Shown piece after piece: positions 1 through 13,536 of a stretch of DNA of 64,000 bases. The stretch is taken from assembly GCF_000143415.4 (NCBI RefSeq), contig NW_003314294.1, forward strand, positions 1,782,322 to 1,846,321. The letters are read 5' to 3'. The position numbers and the translations under genes were made by a program. Within the stretch, counting starts at the first letter, position 1, and each line of letters starts with the position of its first letter. A model generated the notes under the pieces. The model was not told where the DNA came from, did no database searches, and was given only the letters and a program-made list of their open reading frames with translations. Source of the stretch: Selaginella moellendorffii (lineage: Eukaryota > Plantae > Lycopodiophyta).

Positions 1-740
1 TCCTTGAATGGCGTGTGGGCGCATGCCATTTTCAGGGCCAAATGCTGAATGGAAAAAAATTCCCTTTCAGTGCAAATGCTGCAAGAGGCAGATGCCGAGC
101 ACAAAGGACTGTAACTACCTCACATGACACAGATAAACTTTTCTCTATTTGGCAAAGATAAACTTTATAGCGTGTGGGCTCATGCAATTTTGAACCCAAA
201 AAATGCACCAAAAAATTCTCGGCGTCATCTGGCATTATCTCTTGAATGGCGTGGGGCCGCATGCCATTTTCAGGGGCACATAGGAGTATATTCCTAGGAT
301 ATTCTGACACGCGCGAGATTTTTTTGAGTTTTCTGGAGATCCAACCGTTAGATCGCAACTAGATTTTATAGAATGGTATACAATGTCTTTCTTGATGACC
401 CTGCAAAGAAGCATCTCAATCGGACACCACATGAGACCACACGAGCCTTACAATGTTTCAGGGGCATTTGCCATAGATCCGACCGTTATTTTGCTCCAAG
501 ATTTCACAGTTTGGTGTGCATTGACCTTTCCATCGAAACTGCAAAGGGACATCACAATCAGATGCGGGATCACAAGAAACTAACTTCACTAACTCTGGTT
601 TCACCAAGATCTACGTAAGGAGTTATGAAATGAAAGGACCCTCTCTATTGAAATGTGTTTATGGTCCTAGGGGCATTGTGACATATCAAAGGATTTTGCA
701 TCAAGTTCTGTATTTGCATGTTTATCAAGCTACTGAATTG

Positions 741-774
741 CTAAACCCTAAACCCTAAACCCTAAACCCTAAAC
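741..774 (+). repeat. Interstitial plant telomere-type repeat (CCCTAAA) x~5 inside the transposon
   Basis: ctaaaccctaaaccctaaaccctaaaccctaaac; the same array is at 38725-38758. Confidence 0.95.
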
Positions 775-1225
775 ATGTGGCAAATGCTGCGTGAAGAAAG
801 ATGCCCTTTCTGGGCAAATGCTGTAAGAGGCAGATGCCGAGCAGATGTATCTCAGGCTAGCGAAGGGGACGAACGAAAGCTAGCTATAAACATGACGGGA
901 TGCAAATAGATTACTAGGCTGGTCCTACGAAAATCAAAAACCATAATTGAAAACATTGAAAATGCAAAAAGAAAGGTTTATAATATTTTTGAATTTTAGG
1001 CAACCAAAGGAATGTAAGTAGGGCATGTGTTTGTAAGTTTAAAAATGCCTCAACCACTTAAATTCCCAAGTAAATAAAGTTGTTTCTATTTTTGGTACAG
1101 GTAAACTTTATAGCGTGTGGGCTCATGCAATTTTGAACCCAAAAATGCACCAAAAAATGCTCGACTAGCATTATTCTTTGAATGGCGTGTGGCCTTATGT
1201 CGAGCATTATTCTTTGAATGGCGTG

Positions 1226-1325
1226 NNNNNNNNNNNNNNNNNNNNNNNNNNNNNNNNNNNNNNNNNNNNNNNNNNNNNNNNNNNNNNNNNNNNNNNNNNN
1301 NNNNNNNNNNNNNNNNNNNNNNNNN
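1226..1325. other. Assembly gap (100 N)
   Basis: Run of N; left flank is Sola-like sequence, right flank is mid-LTR sequence. Confidence 1.
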
Positions 1326-2041
1326 TCGGATTCGGTCTCGGACTCGATCGCGGACCGATCTCGGACCGATCTCGGGCCCGACTCGGACTCGATTCGGACT
1401 CGGTCTCGGACCCGATTCGGATCTCGGACTCCGTCTCGAACTCGGTCTCGAACTCGGACTCGAACTCGGTCCCCGAGTCGGTCTCGGACTCGATTCCGGA
1501 CTCTATCTCGAACTCGGTCCTAGAGTCGGTCTTGGACTCGATCTTTGACTTGGTCCCATCCGATGAACTCTTTGTCATTTTGGTCATGCTTTCGGGGTTC
1601 CTTTAGCCTACGACACCTCGGCGAGTTGGTTCCTTACAACTCCACCACCCATAGAAGAAGTTCGATGCCCACATCGAACGTCTCGTTTTATCCTACGACT
1701 TGTTGACCATGTCTCCGGGGGCATCCCCCCCACTTAGCGGTGTGCCTAAGTTAGCCTCCCCGGCCAAGAGCTCATGACAACGGAATATAGGTGTCCCTAT
1801 ACTCCCCACCTCACCACGCCCTAGTATAGGGTCGGGACTTGAACCCAGCCTTGCTTTACTAGGGGGTTGGGACTCGAACCCAACCTCCGTAGAATACGTC
1901 TACGGATTCGACATCCCCGCAGGGAGTCGGGCGTAGCTCCCTACGCCTGGTCGACCTAGCTAACCCATGCTAATTAGCTTACCTTCGGCGCGCCTTCGGG
2001 TCCCAACATATGCCATTGCTCAACTTCTCAAATTGATACTT

Positions 2042-5000
2042 TTAATTGAACTTTGCACAAGTACATAGAGTTCTGCCATGCAGAAATTCCTCCACTAGAT
2101 CTCGCGCGTTCGCTAGGTTCTCCTCCGGTTCCCATGTTGCTTCGCAGTGTGGAAATCCTTTCCACTTCACATGGAACTCTCTCACCTCGCGTCCTTGTCG
2201 CTTGCTCTTGCGCGCATTGAGGATGGCCTCGACTTCGTATTCCTCTTCCCCTTGGATAACCTCGGGTAGAGGTCTTACTTGGTCCTTGCGAAGCGGATCC
2301 TCAAAGTACGGCTTGAGTAAGTTCACGTGGAACACTGGGTGCATCTTCCCCATCTCTCGAGGAAGTCGGAGTCAGTAAGCCACTTTACCAATTCGTGCCT
2401 CAATCTCGTAAGGCCCCGCGAACCTGCTTAAGGAACTCAAGATCAATTCATTTACAGGAATACATGCATTTTTACCTTTGGGTCAACTTTCGGCTGATCC
2501 CACTTGGTAGCCTGAGGTTCTTGGTGTTCAGCCACACCTTCTCCCCAGCTTGGAACTCCACATCCCGACGCTTTTGGTTCGCGTACTTGGTTTGCCTTTG
2601 TTGAGCTCGTTCCAAGGAATCCCTCACTAGATTCCAAATGTTGAGTCTTTCCGCCGTGAATGCCTCCACTGCGGGTAACTCTCCATGATACTCGGCCACG
2701 CCGAGTTCCACAGGACCTTCAATAGCTCGCCCATTGATGACTTCCCATGGACTCACCCCGATGCTCGAATGTGGTGAGTTGTTATAACACATTTCCGCAA
2801 GTCCCAAATGACTTACCCAGTCGGTCTGGTCTCCCGAGACATAGCATCGCAAATAATCCTCCAGCTGCCTATTCACCCTTTCCGTTTGTCCGTCTGTCAA
2901 GAAGTGTTAGTGCCATCAATCTTGACTTAATACCCATTACCTGTCTGTGGGTGATAGGCTGTGCTGAATTTCAACTTGGTGCGATACTGTTCTAGGAGTG
3001 TCCTCCAGAACCTACTAGTGAAGATCTTATCTCGATCTGAGATAATCTCTTCCGGCCTTCCCCGCACTCGAACCACTTGTTCGAAGAACAGCTTCGCCAC
3101 ACCTTCCGCATCCACGTCCGTTGTGGTGGGTATGAAATGTGCCATCTTTGAAAATCGGTCCACCACCACGAATATCGCATCGAACCCCTCGCTTGGGGGT
3201 AGTCCCGTGATGAAGTCCATCGTGAGACATTTCCACGGACGATCTGGAATGGGGATGCTTTGCAACAAGCCCCCACTAGCCTTCGTCACGGCTTTGACTT
3301 GCTGACATATTGGGCATGTCTTTACATAGTCTTGGACGTCCTTAGCCATATCTGGCCAATGGTACTTCCTTTTGAGTAAGCCCATCGTCTTGGGCACTCC
3401 GCCGTGTCCCGCGAGAGGTCCGTCATGACACTCTTCCAAGGCTACCTTCCTTAGTTCCCCTTCTGGAACATACACCCTCGTTTGCTTGTAATAAATGAGT
3501 CCGTTGCGTTCCGCATAGCCCGTTTTCTCTTCCGTTGGCAGCTCACCTCTCTGGTGAGCTTCCCGCGCCTCCAGATTCCTCAACAACACTTCTTGTGCTA
3601 GACCATCGTTCTCATATGCTGTCCGCACATCGTCCCAGAAGGTTGCTGTTGCGCTGGAGATCGCCAACCTCAAGCTCGCTTTTCGACTTAGCGCATCTGC
3701 CACGATGTTGCTCTTCCCAGGCTTGTACAGGATCTCGCAATCAAACTCGGCCAAAGCATTGGCCCACTGACCTTGTTTTCCCCTTAGGTCGGGCTGTGAC
3801 AAGAAGTGTTTCGTTGCCACATTGTCCGTGTAAACCTTGAAGTGTCTCCCAAGGTAGTGTCGCCACTCCTTGAGTGCCTTGACCACCGCAAACAATTCCT
3901 TCTCGTGGGCAGGCCACTTCCGTTGAGCCTTGTCCAGCTTCTTCGAGAAGAACGCTACTGGATGGTTGTCTTGCTTCAAAACTGCGCCCAACGCAAAGTC
4001 CGAAGCATCCGTGTCTACCTCAAAGTCCTTACCAAAGTCTGGTAATGCCAACACCGGAGCCTTCCTCAACTTCCCTTTGAGGTGGACGAATGCCGCCTCG
4101 CATTCCGCTGTCCATACCATCTTCCCTTTTCCTGTTTGGTCTGTTAAGGGCAGGGCTACTCTCGAATAGTGTCTGATAAACTTTCGATAGTAGTTGCATA
4201 GCCCCAGGAATGCCCTCAACTCATGTACATTCGATGGTCGCTCCCATTCCTGGATCGCTTGGACCTTCTCCGGGTCCACCTTGAGCCCGTCCTGGCCCAC
4301 CACATGCCCGAGAAACTTTACCTCTTGTTGAGCAAAGTCACATTTGCTCTCTTTAGCATACAGTTTATGTTCCCTTAGTTTCTCAAACACCTTCGCCAAG
4401 TGTTCGGCATGCTCCTCTAGCGTCTCGCTATAGATCAGGATGTCGTCAATATAGACGACCACGAAGTGATCCAGATAGGGTACAAAGACGTGGTTCATCA
4501 ACGCCGAAAACGTTGCCGGCGCATTGCACAGCCCAAAGGGCATCACCAAAAACTCGAAGCTCCCATACCTCGTTCGACAGGTTGTCTTCTCGACATCTTC
4601 CTCAGCTACCCTGATCTGGTAGTATCCTGACCTTAGGTCAATCCTCGAAAAGTATTTTGCCTTTCCCAACCTATCGAACAGGTCCTCAATCCTTGGCAAA
4701 GGGTACTTGTTCTTCTTGGTATACTTGTTGAGCAACCGGTAGTCTATGCACATGCGCATAGATCCATCTTTCTTTTTCACAAATAATACCGGCGCCCCAT
4801 ACGGCGACTTGCTCAACCTGACATACCCTTTGCCCACCAACTCCTCTAGTTGGCACTTGAGCTCCTTGAGTTCTTTTTCGTTCAAACGATAGGGTGGACG
4901 AACCACCGCCTCAGCGCCCTCGACCAGCTCAATCTTATGTTCTATCGGTCGTGCGGGGGGCAACCCCGCCGGTAGCTCCTCCGGCATGGTATCCTGGAAT

Positions 5001-6814
5001 TGGTCCAGCACTTGCTGGATCACTAAAGGTATTTCTTCCGTTCTTGTCCTTTTGTCACTCTTCACCGAGAGTAAGCACAAAAAGGCTGCTTTAGTTCCTT
5101 TAGTGAGTTGTCCTCTCGTGGACACCAGGTTTAAGCATGACTCTTTGGCCTTGCTTTGCCCTACCTTTAGATCCTGGGCCTCCACCCTAGATCTTCTTCC
5201 TTGGGCATTCGCCAATACCACAAGGTTCCTACCTTGTCCATGCAGGGCTACCACGAATCGATTAAACCAATCCATTCCGAAGATCACGTCAAATCCCGCC
5301 ATGTCCAAGACGGTGAAATCCATGTCCACTTTCCATGTCCCCACTTCGACTCTCGCTTGTCGAAGTACCTCATCGGTGCTTTGGCTACCTTGAACAAATT
5401 CTATAGTCCTTGGTTCGCCTAGCCGCTGCACCGTTAGTCCGGCTTGCCGGACTATGTCTGCAGCCACAAAATTATCCGAAGCACCCGTGTCAATAAGGAT
5501 CTTAACAAAGCTACCTCCGAGCTTCCCTCGGAGGGCTAGTAGATGTCGCGAACGACTCTCTACCAAAGTTGCTCGTGTAATGAGTAACTTTGAGTTAGGG
5601 ACTGGATCACATACCTCAATTTGGACTTCACCCGACTTGATGGCCATATTGGCTCTGGCCTTCTTCGGGTAGGGACATTCCCTCGAGAAGTGTCCCGCTT
5701 CGCCGCAGTTGTAGCATACGTTGTTGCCCACGCTGCTATACGACTTGACCTTCTTATCCGTGGGTTTGTCTTTTTTCGCTTGACTTCCCCACATACTCGC
5801 TCGCTGGCCACCGGATTTGCCTTTCCGGAACCCCGAGGACTCATTCTTAGAGAAACTCTTCTTGAATTTCCCCCTACTATATGTTCCCCTTGGTTTGGCC
5901 CCTGTGCTAAACGTGGATCCCGACCCCGTCGTGTTCCCCTTTCGCAGGTTATCGTTGAAATGCACCTTGATGGCCGCATCCAACGCTTCCTTGTAGTTGG
6001 TCGGGTTCCAGCGCATCACCTCACCGCGAGCCCAGGTTTGCAAACCTGATATGAAGGCATGGAACGCATCCATATCCCCCATGTCCGTGACAAGTATCCT
6101 CTTTGCCATGAACCCATTCACATATTCCTGGATGGTTCCAGTCTGCTTCAGCCTACTCAGTTCATCCCTCAGATGCAGAGTGGCATTCGGAGGAACATAT
6201 GTTGCGCGGATCCTCGCCTTCATCATGTCCCAAGTGACCACCGGTCCTTCATTGGCCTCCGTTGTTCTCCACCAAGACTTGGCATTATCTGCCAAGTATG
6301 GTTTTGCACATGGGACCTTCTCCGAACTCGGTAACCGCAACGCTCGGAAGTAGTCCTCCATATCGTAAAACCAATCCTCCACCACCTTATAGTCATTCAC
6401 TCCCTTGAAGACCGGTGGGGGCTTTGGTTTGTACTTGGGAACTGCCTGAGGGACTGATTCCACTTCAGTCTGTTCGACCTTGTCTAGTTTTGCCTCAGTC
6501 CCTGCCGAAGGGTCCGCACCTTCTGCGCTGCTAGCATCCGCAGTCTTTTTCTTTTTCTTCCGCCTCTCGTCACGCTTTAGCTTGCGTACGAGAGTTTCCA
6601 GCAGGGTATTGGTCTGTGCCAACTGTCCTTCTAGCACGTCCAATCGAGCCTTGGACGACCGAACCTCGCCACCGGACTCCTGTTTGGAAGTTTCCTCACT
6701 AGAATCCTCCTCATGCAAGGATTCCTCATCCATAGCCTCTTGTTCGACTGGAGGCTCCAGCTCCGGCGGAGGTTCCGTCTCCGCCTGGGTTCGCTTACGT
6801 CCTGCCCTTGCCAT
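2042..6814 (-). pseudogene. Chromovirus gag-pol, spliced (exons 6814-2941, 2893-2476, 2423-2042), one nonsense codon at 2372-2374
   Basis: CCHC knuckle [14 protein letters not shown], protease LIDTGA, RT YIDD, RNase H, integrase HHCC and D,D..E, GPY motif, chromodomain YEVEAIL...VKWKG...TWEPEENL; GT-AG introns at 2894-2940 and 2424-2475. Confidence 0.9.
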
Positions 6815-6873
6815 CTCCCAGCAATCCGCCTCTATCCTTCGCTAGAACTGAGATAAAGGCTCCGATACCAAAT

Positions 6874-8020
6874 TGTAAGCCACAAATTTTTCTTTTCCAA
6901 TTTGCCAGCTTACCTCGTCTATCCGTCCAACACTGCCTTGGCTTTTGCTAAGTTCCCTCGCCAAGGTTCTCGCCTATGGTACCAGCTCCTACTTGGTTTC
7001 AGCTACTCACTGCACGAGCAATGGAGTGTTAGCCATCCTTCCACGGATTCCCAAATCACTCCCAATCCCCCTCCCCGGGTTAGACTGGACTAAGGTTCGG
7101 CTACACTCCCCGCAAGCACAAGCAGCCAAGCACACCAAGCTTCCAGGTTCCTAACATCCCTTGGTACCACAAGACTTGATCATGGGACCTTCTAAATCCC
7201 AAGTCTTGAGTGCAACACTTGCTTCGGGACGTCGGGGCGAAACACCGTGGCCTAGCGGCCCGGTATGGGTACCTCTCGCCCCCCACTTCCATCCCGAAGG
7301 AAGGCCCAAGCCCCTAGGAAGGGCGAGGACCAATGAGCCGCATGGTACTCAAGTGGGGCACCACTCCACATGAGCCGGGAGCACCGCAATCGGTTTCCCT
7401 TTCGGGAGTGGGAGCTGCTCTTGAGCACTTCCTTGGATGGCCCCTCTGGCACCAGCCAAGTCCATGCTCACTCCCACCCAAGGCCCCTTAGTCCCAGTCC
7501 CAACCTCAAGTCAGTTTGGAAGCCCAACTGGAGAGTCCCTTCAAAACTGGTTCCTGGACCTCACTATCCCTACTATACTTTTGGAACCCCCTGCAGCCCC
7601 CCCCCCCTGGGGGACGCACGCTTTGGGCTTTCACCCCTTGACCCGTATTAGTATTTGGACTTAGTCTCTGGCTCGATCTCGGATCCGATTTCGGATCCGA
7701 CTTCGGATTCGGTCTCGGACTCGATCGCGGACTCGATCTCGGACCCGATCTCGGGCCCGACCTCGGACTCGACTTCGGACTCGGTCTCGGACCCGATTTC
7801 GGATCTCGGACTCCGTCTCGAACTCGGTCTCGAACTCGGACTCGAACTCGGTCCCCGAGTCGGTCTCGGACTCGATTCCGGACTCTATCTCGAACTCGGT
7901 CCTAGAGTCGGTCTTGGACTCGATCTTTGACTTGGTCCCATCCGATGAACTCTTTGTCATTTTGGTCATGCTTTCGGGGTTCCTTTAGCCTACGACACCT
8001 CGGCGAGTTGGTTCCTTACA
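6874..8020 (-). repeat. 5' LTR of copy A, including a CG-rich hexamer (CTCGGA-like) array at ~7670-7925
   Basis: TG...CA termini; matches the other LTRs in the window. Confidence 0.95.
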
Positions 8021-10338
8021 CCTGGAAGGCAGCTCGCAATTTTGTGTATGAGGCATTACGGTCATCTGTTGATGCTTCAGAACATCAGGTGGGGGGCATG
8101 GTCTTCCAGAGGGGTTTGGTCTGCATGAAGGCATGGAGAATCATTTATGGAGTCCCTCGAAGCACATTCTGCAGAATCAAAACTGAGTTCGAGGAACAAA
8201 GGGTTCAACAGGCAGTCCATGGGAACGACGGTACGCACAAAACCAGGGGTCATGTTGTATATGGAGAGGCAATCTTCAAGAGGTTTGTCGAGACATGTAG
8301 CGAGCAGCAACCACATAAAACCCGCCTCTTGGAAGATGGAACACGAGACACCCAACGAGTTCTCCCTTCCATGTATACCAAGGGGGCCATATTGGAAGAT
8401 GTGAATCGGGAACTCCAGAGTAATGGCTACAGGAAGCTGAGCCAATCTAGATTTAGTAGATTGTGGAGCAACAGGTTCAGGGATGTGAGTATAGGAAAGT
8501 ACTCCAGCTTTTCAAAGTGTGACGAGTGCACTGCTATCAAAATGGCTTTGTCGAAGAATTCTTGCAGCGCTCAAGAGCGAGAGACGTTGGTTAGAAGGCG
8601 GCTCGACCACAACATCGAGCAGAGAAGCTGCAGGACTGCATATTATCATAACAGGATTCTCTCCATGGAGAGACCTGACTCTTACCTCTGCATCATCCAC
8701 GACAAAATGGACCAGAAAAAGACGTGCTTACCTCGACTCAATCCTGCCCCCAAGGCAATCTCTTCATCCATGCAGCTGCCTGTGTCTCTGTTTGGCATAA
8801 TCGCTCATGGGCATGGTGCCCAGAACTATGGGAACTTCTTTGTACCTCTATGGGGTGGCGGGGGTGCAAACATGATGATTGCGTCCCTAGCAAAACACTT
8901 AAGGTCTCTGCAAAGTGCGCAGACTGAGCTGAACGGCCAACCCTTGCATAAGGCCCTTGTCGATCGAACCCCATACAGGGTTCAGCTGGAGGAGGAGCAA
9001 AGGCTTGCAGTATCGCGTGGGGCCCCATGCCATCCCAGTGAATATGTTGGCCGTCAGATTGTAGGGTTATCACGTGAGGCCTCATGCCATTCCGACGAGG
9101 CTGGTCGCCCGGTGAATACACAGCCTCATCCAAACGAAGCAGAATCTCAAGGAAGTTCTTGCGGCCGATGTGGCCTTCCACCCCATCTTCTGCTCCAAAC
9201 AGACAATGCTGGCAGTGAGAACAAAAACATGTACGTCTTCGCGTACTTGGCGATGCTTGTTGCCAAAGGCATATTTGAAACGGTTACACTTGGCTTTCTC
9301 ATGGTTGGGCACACTCATGAAGACGTCGATGCCATGTTCAGTCACCTGGCAGAGTCCCTCCGGCGATCCAATGTCCTCACCCTCCCACAACTCTACGATG
9401 AATTCCAAAATTGCATCAAAGGCACTGTTGAAGCTGCACTTCTGACAGAGGTTCCAGACTTTAAGGGGTTTGTAAGAGGCTACATCAGGGATGGATCCGA
9501 AACGCTGATTGGCCACTCCAAGCCTCTTCAGTTTCATTTCAGCATGTGTGACGGTGCTCCAGTGATGAGGTACAAGATGAGAGAATGGGACACAGTGTGG
9601 CTGCCAGTGGACGGCATTGAACTCTTCAAGAGAGATCCCATAACTGGGGAACCTATGATTCCTCAGGGTTCCCCACGGCCGATGCACCCGGATGGACTCA
9701 AAGACCAGGAAAGTATAGTGGCCGGGATTAGACAGCATATTGCCTTCTGGAAGAGGGGGTTGGTGTTTGGTGGAGAATCCTATTTTCAGAGGTGCAAGCC
9801 TTTGCTCGAATACTGGGAGAAGATTATATCTGCTATCCAAAATGGGCCGGTTGTATATGAAGAATTGGAAGAGTCCTTTTGGCCAGAACCCAGAGCACCA
9901 GATAGTAGCGGAACAATGTCCTCTGGAAATGCAGTGACAGATAACGATGTTGAGGATCACTATTGTGGGCCGAGGAACAAGAAGCCGGATTCAGCATTCA
10001 ATCCAGTACAGGTCTGCAAAGGAATGGTCGTGCTTGTCAGACCCAGTAATAAAAAACAAATGATATGGGTGGGGCGCTGCATCACTGATGCAGAGGAGGA
10101 CGCGGAAACTAACTCCTTCAATGTAACTGTGGAGTGGTTCAAGCCAAGTTCCGGATATACGAAGGATTGCCTAGAAAAGAGATGGGTGCTGAATCCAAGG
10201 GATCCCAGCATGAGCATATCGGTGGATAATGTTGTGCATGGTTGGATGCGGAAGCAGAGTGCCACCATCACCTTGCCAGACCATGCAAGAGATGCAGCAA
10301 GAGCATTCATAACTCGGGTTCAAGGTGAGATTCATTAA
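8021..10338 (+). pseudogene. Sola-like DDD transposase, 3' part (copy 1), split by LTR insertion
   Basis: FSKCDEC, HDKMDQKK, LQTDNAGSENKN, GHTHEDVDAMFS motifs; the LTR ends at 8020 in mid-gene; probable terminal intron 10325-10376 with stop at 10409-10411. Confidence 0.85.
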
Positions 10339-10626
10339 TATTCCTTTACAAAGTTTCTAATGTATTTTATTTCAAGGTGAACAATCCGAATCTGAATCAG
10401 AGGAGGCTTGATATAGTGTGTGAGGTAAAACAAAGATGATGTGACATATGCATTTACCAATCACATGTGCATAAATCTAATAATATGGCGTGTGGCCCAT
10501 ATTAATGGCACATAAACCCATATTGTGGGCTTACGTGCTTTATGTACCATCATTCCCTTGCAGCGTGTGTGTTGGTTTCCTTTTATAACACAACGAACTC
10601 CATATTTTAGGGTGAAGAGCGTTCTC

Positions 10627-10884
10627 ATGGCAAGCACAAAATCTGTAAGTGAGGCAGAAAAGGAGACGGAGAAGGAGATAGGTGAAGATGTAGAATATAT
10701 AAGTCTTCCAAACTCCCCGTACTATACTCCAGGTGATCATTTTTCTGAACAAACGGCAACATTAACAACTATCGAGAACGCCCCAGTAACGTCAGAGACA
10801 ACAATCCAAAACAAAACAACTGACCCGGAGAAGGATGATAGTACCGCTGAGAGTACCAAAAAGGAGGTGTCCACTAGCGCTTAG
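10627..10884 (+). CDS. Small acidic Ser/Thr-rich ORF conserved in all three transposon copies (unknown function)
   Basis: Open in copies 1, 2 (43410-43667) and 3 (59016-59273, minus); no recognisable domain. Confidence 0.3.
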   Translation: MASTKSVSEAEKETEKEIGEDVEYISLPNSPYYTPGDHFSEQTATLTTIENAPVTSETTIQNKTTDPEKDDSTAESTKKEVSTSA

Positions 10885-11747
10885 GCTTATAATGGCGTGT
10901 GGCCTCATGCCATTTACTTGATCACCAAATACCTTTTTCCCTTTGCACTAGTATATCTTAATACCGGTCTGAGAAATAGAATGGCATGTGCCCTCAGGCC
11001 TTTTACTAAATCACCTTTGAAAGAAATGCAAGCCTCTATGTCGTAAAAAAAAGGTACTAGAGAAATTCCTTAATAATATGAATGTTATTTAGTTTCATGA
11101 AAATACACTAAGGGTCAAATGAGTTAAATGACTTCTCCAGACTAGCAATGCCTCTTGCTACACCTTCACAATTAGATTCGTTAGAAAAAGATAACATTGA
11201 ATAATATCTAAATGTTCTCACCATTAAGTTATATGTCTGGCTAATAGGAATGATGTTCATCTTGGAAAGCTCACCACACGCTCAATGAACAAACAAATAG
11301 TGTGTGCGCGCATGCCATCGCTCTTCTTTAGCTTCAGATTCGGCTTGTTCACCTTGACAATGAGATTTATTATACAACTAGATGGACTCAGTCTGGACAT
11401 AAGGTCACCGCGCTAGTCACCATGCCCCAGATATGTCTAGCCCCTGGACAAAAAACATATAATTTCACGTCATTTTCAAATACTTGAAAATTTGTACCTA
11501 GTCCCATTTTACTGAATAAATCCCACTTTAACGAAATAGAGCTTTGTGGCCAAATTAGTCGCCTCGAAATCAAGTTTATCTTGAACGTCCTTACTCAAAT
11601 GCAATCCCAACTCCACCACTGTTCAAGGATGCCTTCCAAACATGGCAAAGTAAGGACTTAGCTTGGTTCCACTATGTTGGCTATTGTTGTAAGCAAATTG
11701 CACAAACGAAATATATAGATCCCACTGTCCTTGCCTTTGACCAATGC

Positions 11748-12392
11748 TGTAGTGCATGTGATCATGGGATGAGATTTGGATATACTGTCACCGTGGATCC
11801 TTGGAACCTTAGGGGATAAATGGGGATAAAATAGCCACTAAGGGCTCTCTCATCAAGCAATTGCCCCTTTTCCAGTTGGCTTAAGGGGAGAGAGATAAGG
11901 TGCGCTATAGTTGGTATCGGAGCAAATGGCACGGGTTCGATTCCCATTGATTAGTGGCTACTTAAAAGTATAATATACCCTTGAGCAAGGTATATTCCTA
12001 CCCCTAAATTTGAAATCGTACATATTGGGCATCCATGCGTACGTCCTTCCTCTTGTGTGGAGTATCCACGGACGAAGGTATCCACCGTGGGACTGCGGTA
12101 CGGGTGGATGACTAGTTGCCTCACATGGAATAGCTGGTCTACACAATGGAAGGATTGGTAGATTGAGTGCGGAAATGGAGGTGCTGGTTCCCCTTGGCTC
12201 AGTAGGGGTTGTTAGTCAATAGTCAATGAGGACATTGACATCTCTGAAGGGGGGGTGAGTGTAGATCATCTCACCGTGGATCCTTGGAACCTTAGGGGAT
12301 AAATAGGGATAAAATAACCACTAAAGGCTCTCTCATCAAGCAATTGCCCCTTTTCCAGTTGGCTTAAGGGGAGAGAGATAAGGTGCGCTATA
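11748..12392 (+). mobile_element. TRIM (terminal-repeat retrotransposon in miniature)
   Basis: LTRs 11748-11909 and 12260-12392; PBS TGGTATCGGAGC at 11912-11923; PPT GAAGGGGGGGTGAG before the 3' LTR; TSD AATGC at 11743-11747 and 12393-12397; non-coding interior. Confidence 0.9.
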
Positions 12393-12490
12393 AATGCGGC
12401 AACGTAGCATATCCTCCACCACCTAATTCACATGCTCAGTTTGCCCATCTGTCTAAGGATGATTTTCACTCGAGAGTTTCAAAGTCACTT

Positions 12491-12605
12491 GCTCCAATAC
12501 CAATGTTAGGATCCTATCCCTTACACCCCAAGCCACTGGTTAAAGGGGTGATCACTTGATTGCAGGGCCCTTTCTTATCCTATTATCCTGACCTGGTGCC
12601 TAACA
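12491..12605 (-). mobile_element. Short 5' LTR (12504-12605) plus PBS of another small LTR element
   Basis: TGTTAGG...CCTAACA termini; on the minus strand it is followed by TGGTATTGGAGC (12502-12491). Confidence 0.7.
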
Positions 12606-13536
12606 ATTTCTGGATAGTCGGAGGTGGCTAGGCAAAAGGATCATCCTGTTGACTGATAGGGAAGAGTGTCATGGTCCAAGAACTGCAAGTGACACAAAGA
12701 AGGAAATGGATAAACGAATTTTGGGGGCAAAGATTGAAACAATCTCAAATTGTCCCATAGTATATATCAGCAAGATGTTCACAAAGGTAATGTGATGCCT
12801 TCATTCACCTGCTAACCAATGAGGGTTCTGAGAGAATTCACCAGGGAACCTTTTGAGGGAGCAGCACCGAAGCAGGTGCAGACTAATTGCTTTTGTGATG
12901 GTCCAGAAAGTAATTTCTTGAAGTACACCAGTTTACTGGTGGTGGTCAAGTCTACAGCTGCAGATAACCATGAACCGTAAGGCCTATCAAAAGACTGAAA
13001 AGAAGTTTGTGAAGAAGTCATACGTTTAAAATGTGGCTACTGGACGTGAGCAAGGACAAAGGGAAGAAATGCATAATCCAGCACCCCCCTCTCTTATGTG
13101 GTTACCCCTTGCCATGCTCACTCCTCACTCCCTCCGTGAGCGGCACCCTAAATTTAATGACCAAATCTAAATTAGAACTTTAATTAGTAGATCTTGTTAA
13201 TGGATACTATAATTTTATAATTAGCCACAGCTATAATTTCTAAGTACCTCATTGTGTTTTATATTTGTGCTCCTCCTTATATTTTCTTTCTAATTTTATT
13301 CATTTGCTTTAGTATTATGGCTAGATTGGAATATGTAGATCTCTAAAAAATATGACACATTATTATGCTTTATTTTGAAACCATTAACTTTTTAAATAGA
13401 AACTTTAATTAAAGAAAACTAACAGAGACCCCAGCTCCACTGGAAAATATAGCATACCCAAGATAAATAAATCTTCTTTCCTAATTTTACAATGTTTAGA
13501 AATTTTGATTGTATACAAGGTTAAATTTATCTAAAT

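Larger units (their letters stand above)
1326..8020 (-). mobile_element. Ty3/Gypsy chromovirus LTR retrotransposon, copy A
   Basis: 5' LTR 6874-8020 (TGTAAG...CTTACA); PBS TGGTATCGGAGC at 6859-6870; PPT at 1639-1650; 3' LTR partly in the gap (1326-1638); gag-PR-RT-RH-IN-chromodomain order. Confidence 0.95.
1..11544 (+). mobile_element. Sola-like DNA transposon, copy 1 (left part outside window; transposase interrupted by chromovirus copy A)
   Basis: Near-identical to 37985-44327; ends in the TIR TCCCACTTTAACGAAATAGAGCTT at 11521-11544, followed by flank TGTG. Confidence 0.9.

Noticed and set aside
741-774. Chromosome end or telomere fusion scar
   Set aside because: Short, and present at the same position in another transposon copy, so it belongs to the element
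7927-8020. LTR-derived N-terminus of the 803-aa ORF as a real fusion protein
   Set aside because: Non-ATG start and chance in-frame read-through from the antisense LTR end; the true start is seen at 40053 and 62629
9082-9960. 292-aa antisense ORF in the transposase, and similar shadow ORFs in gag-pol
   Set aside because: No recognisable motifs; persistence is explained by near-identity of the copies
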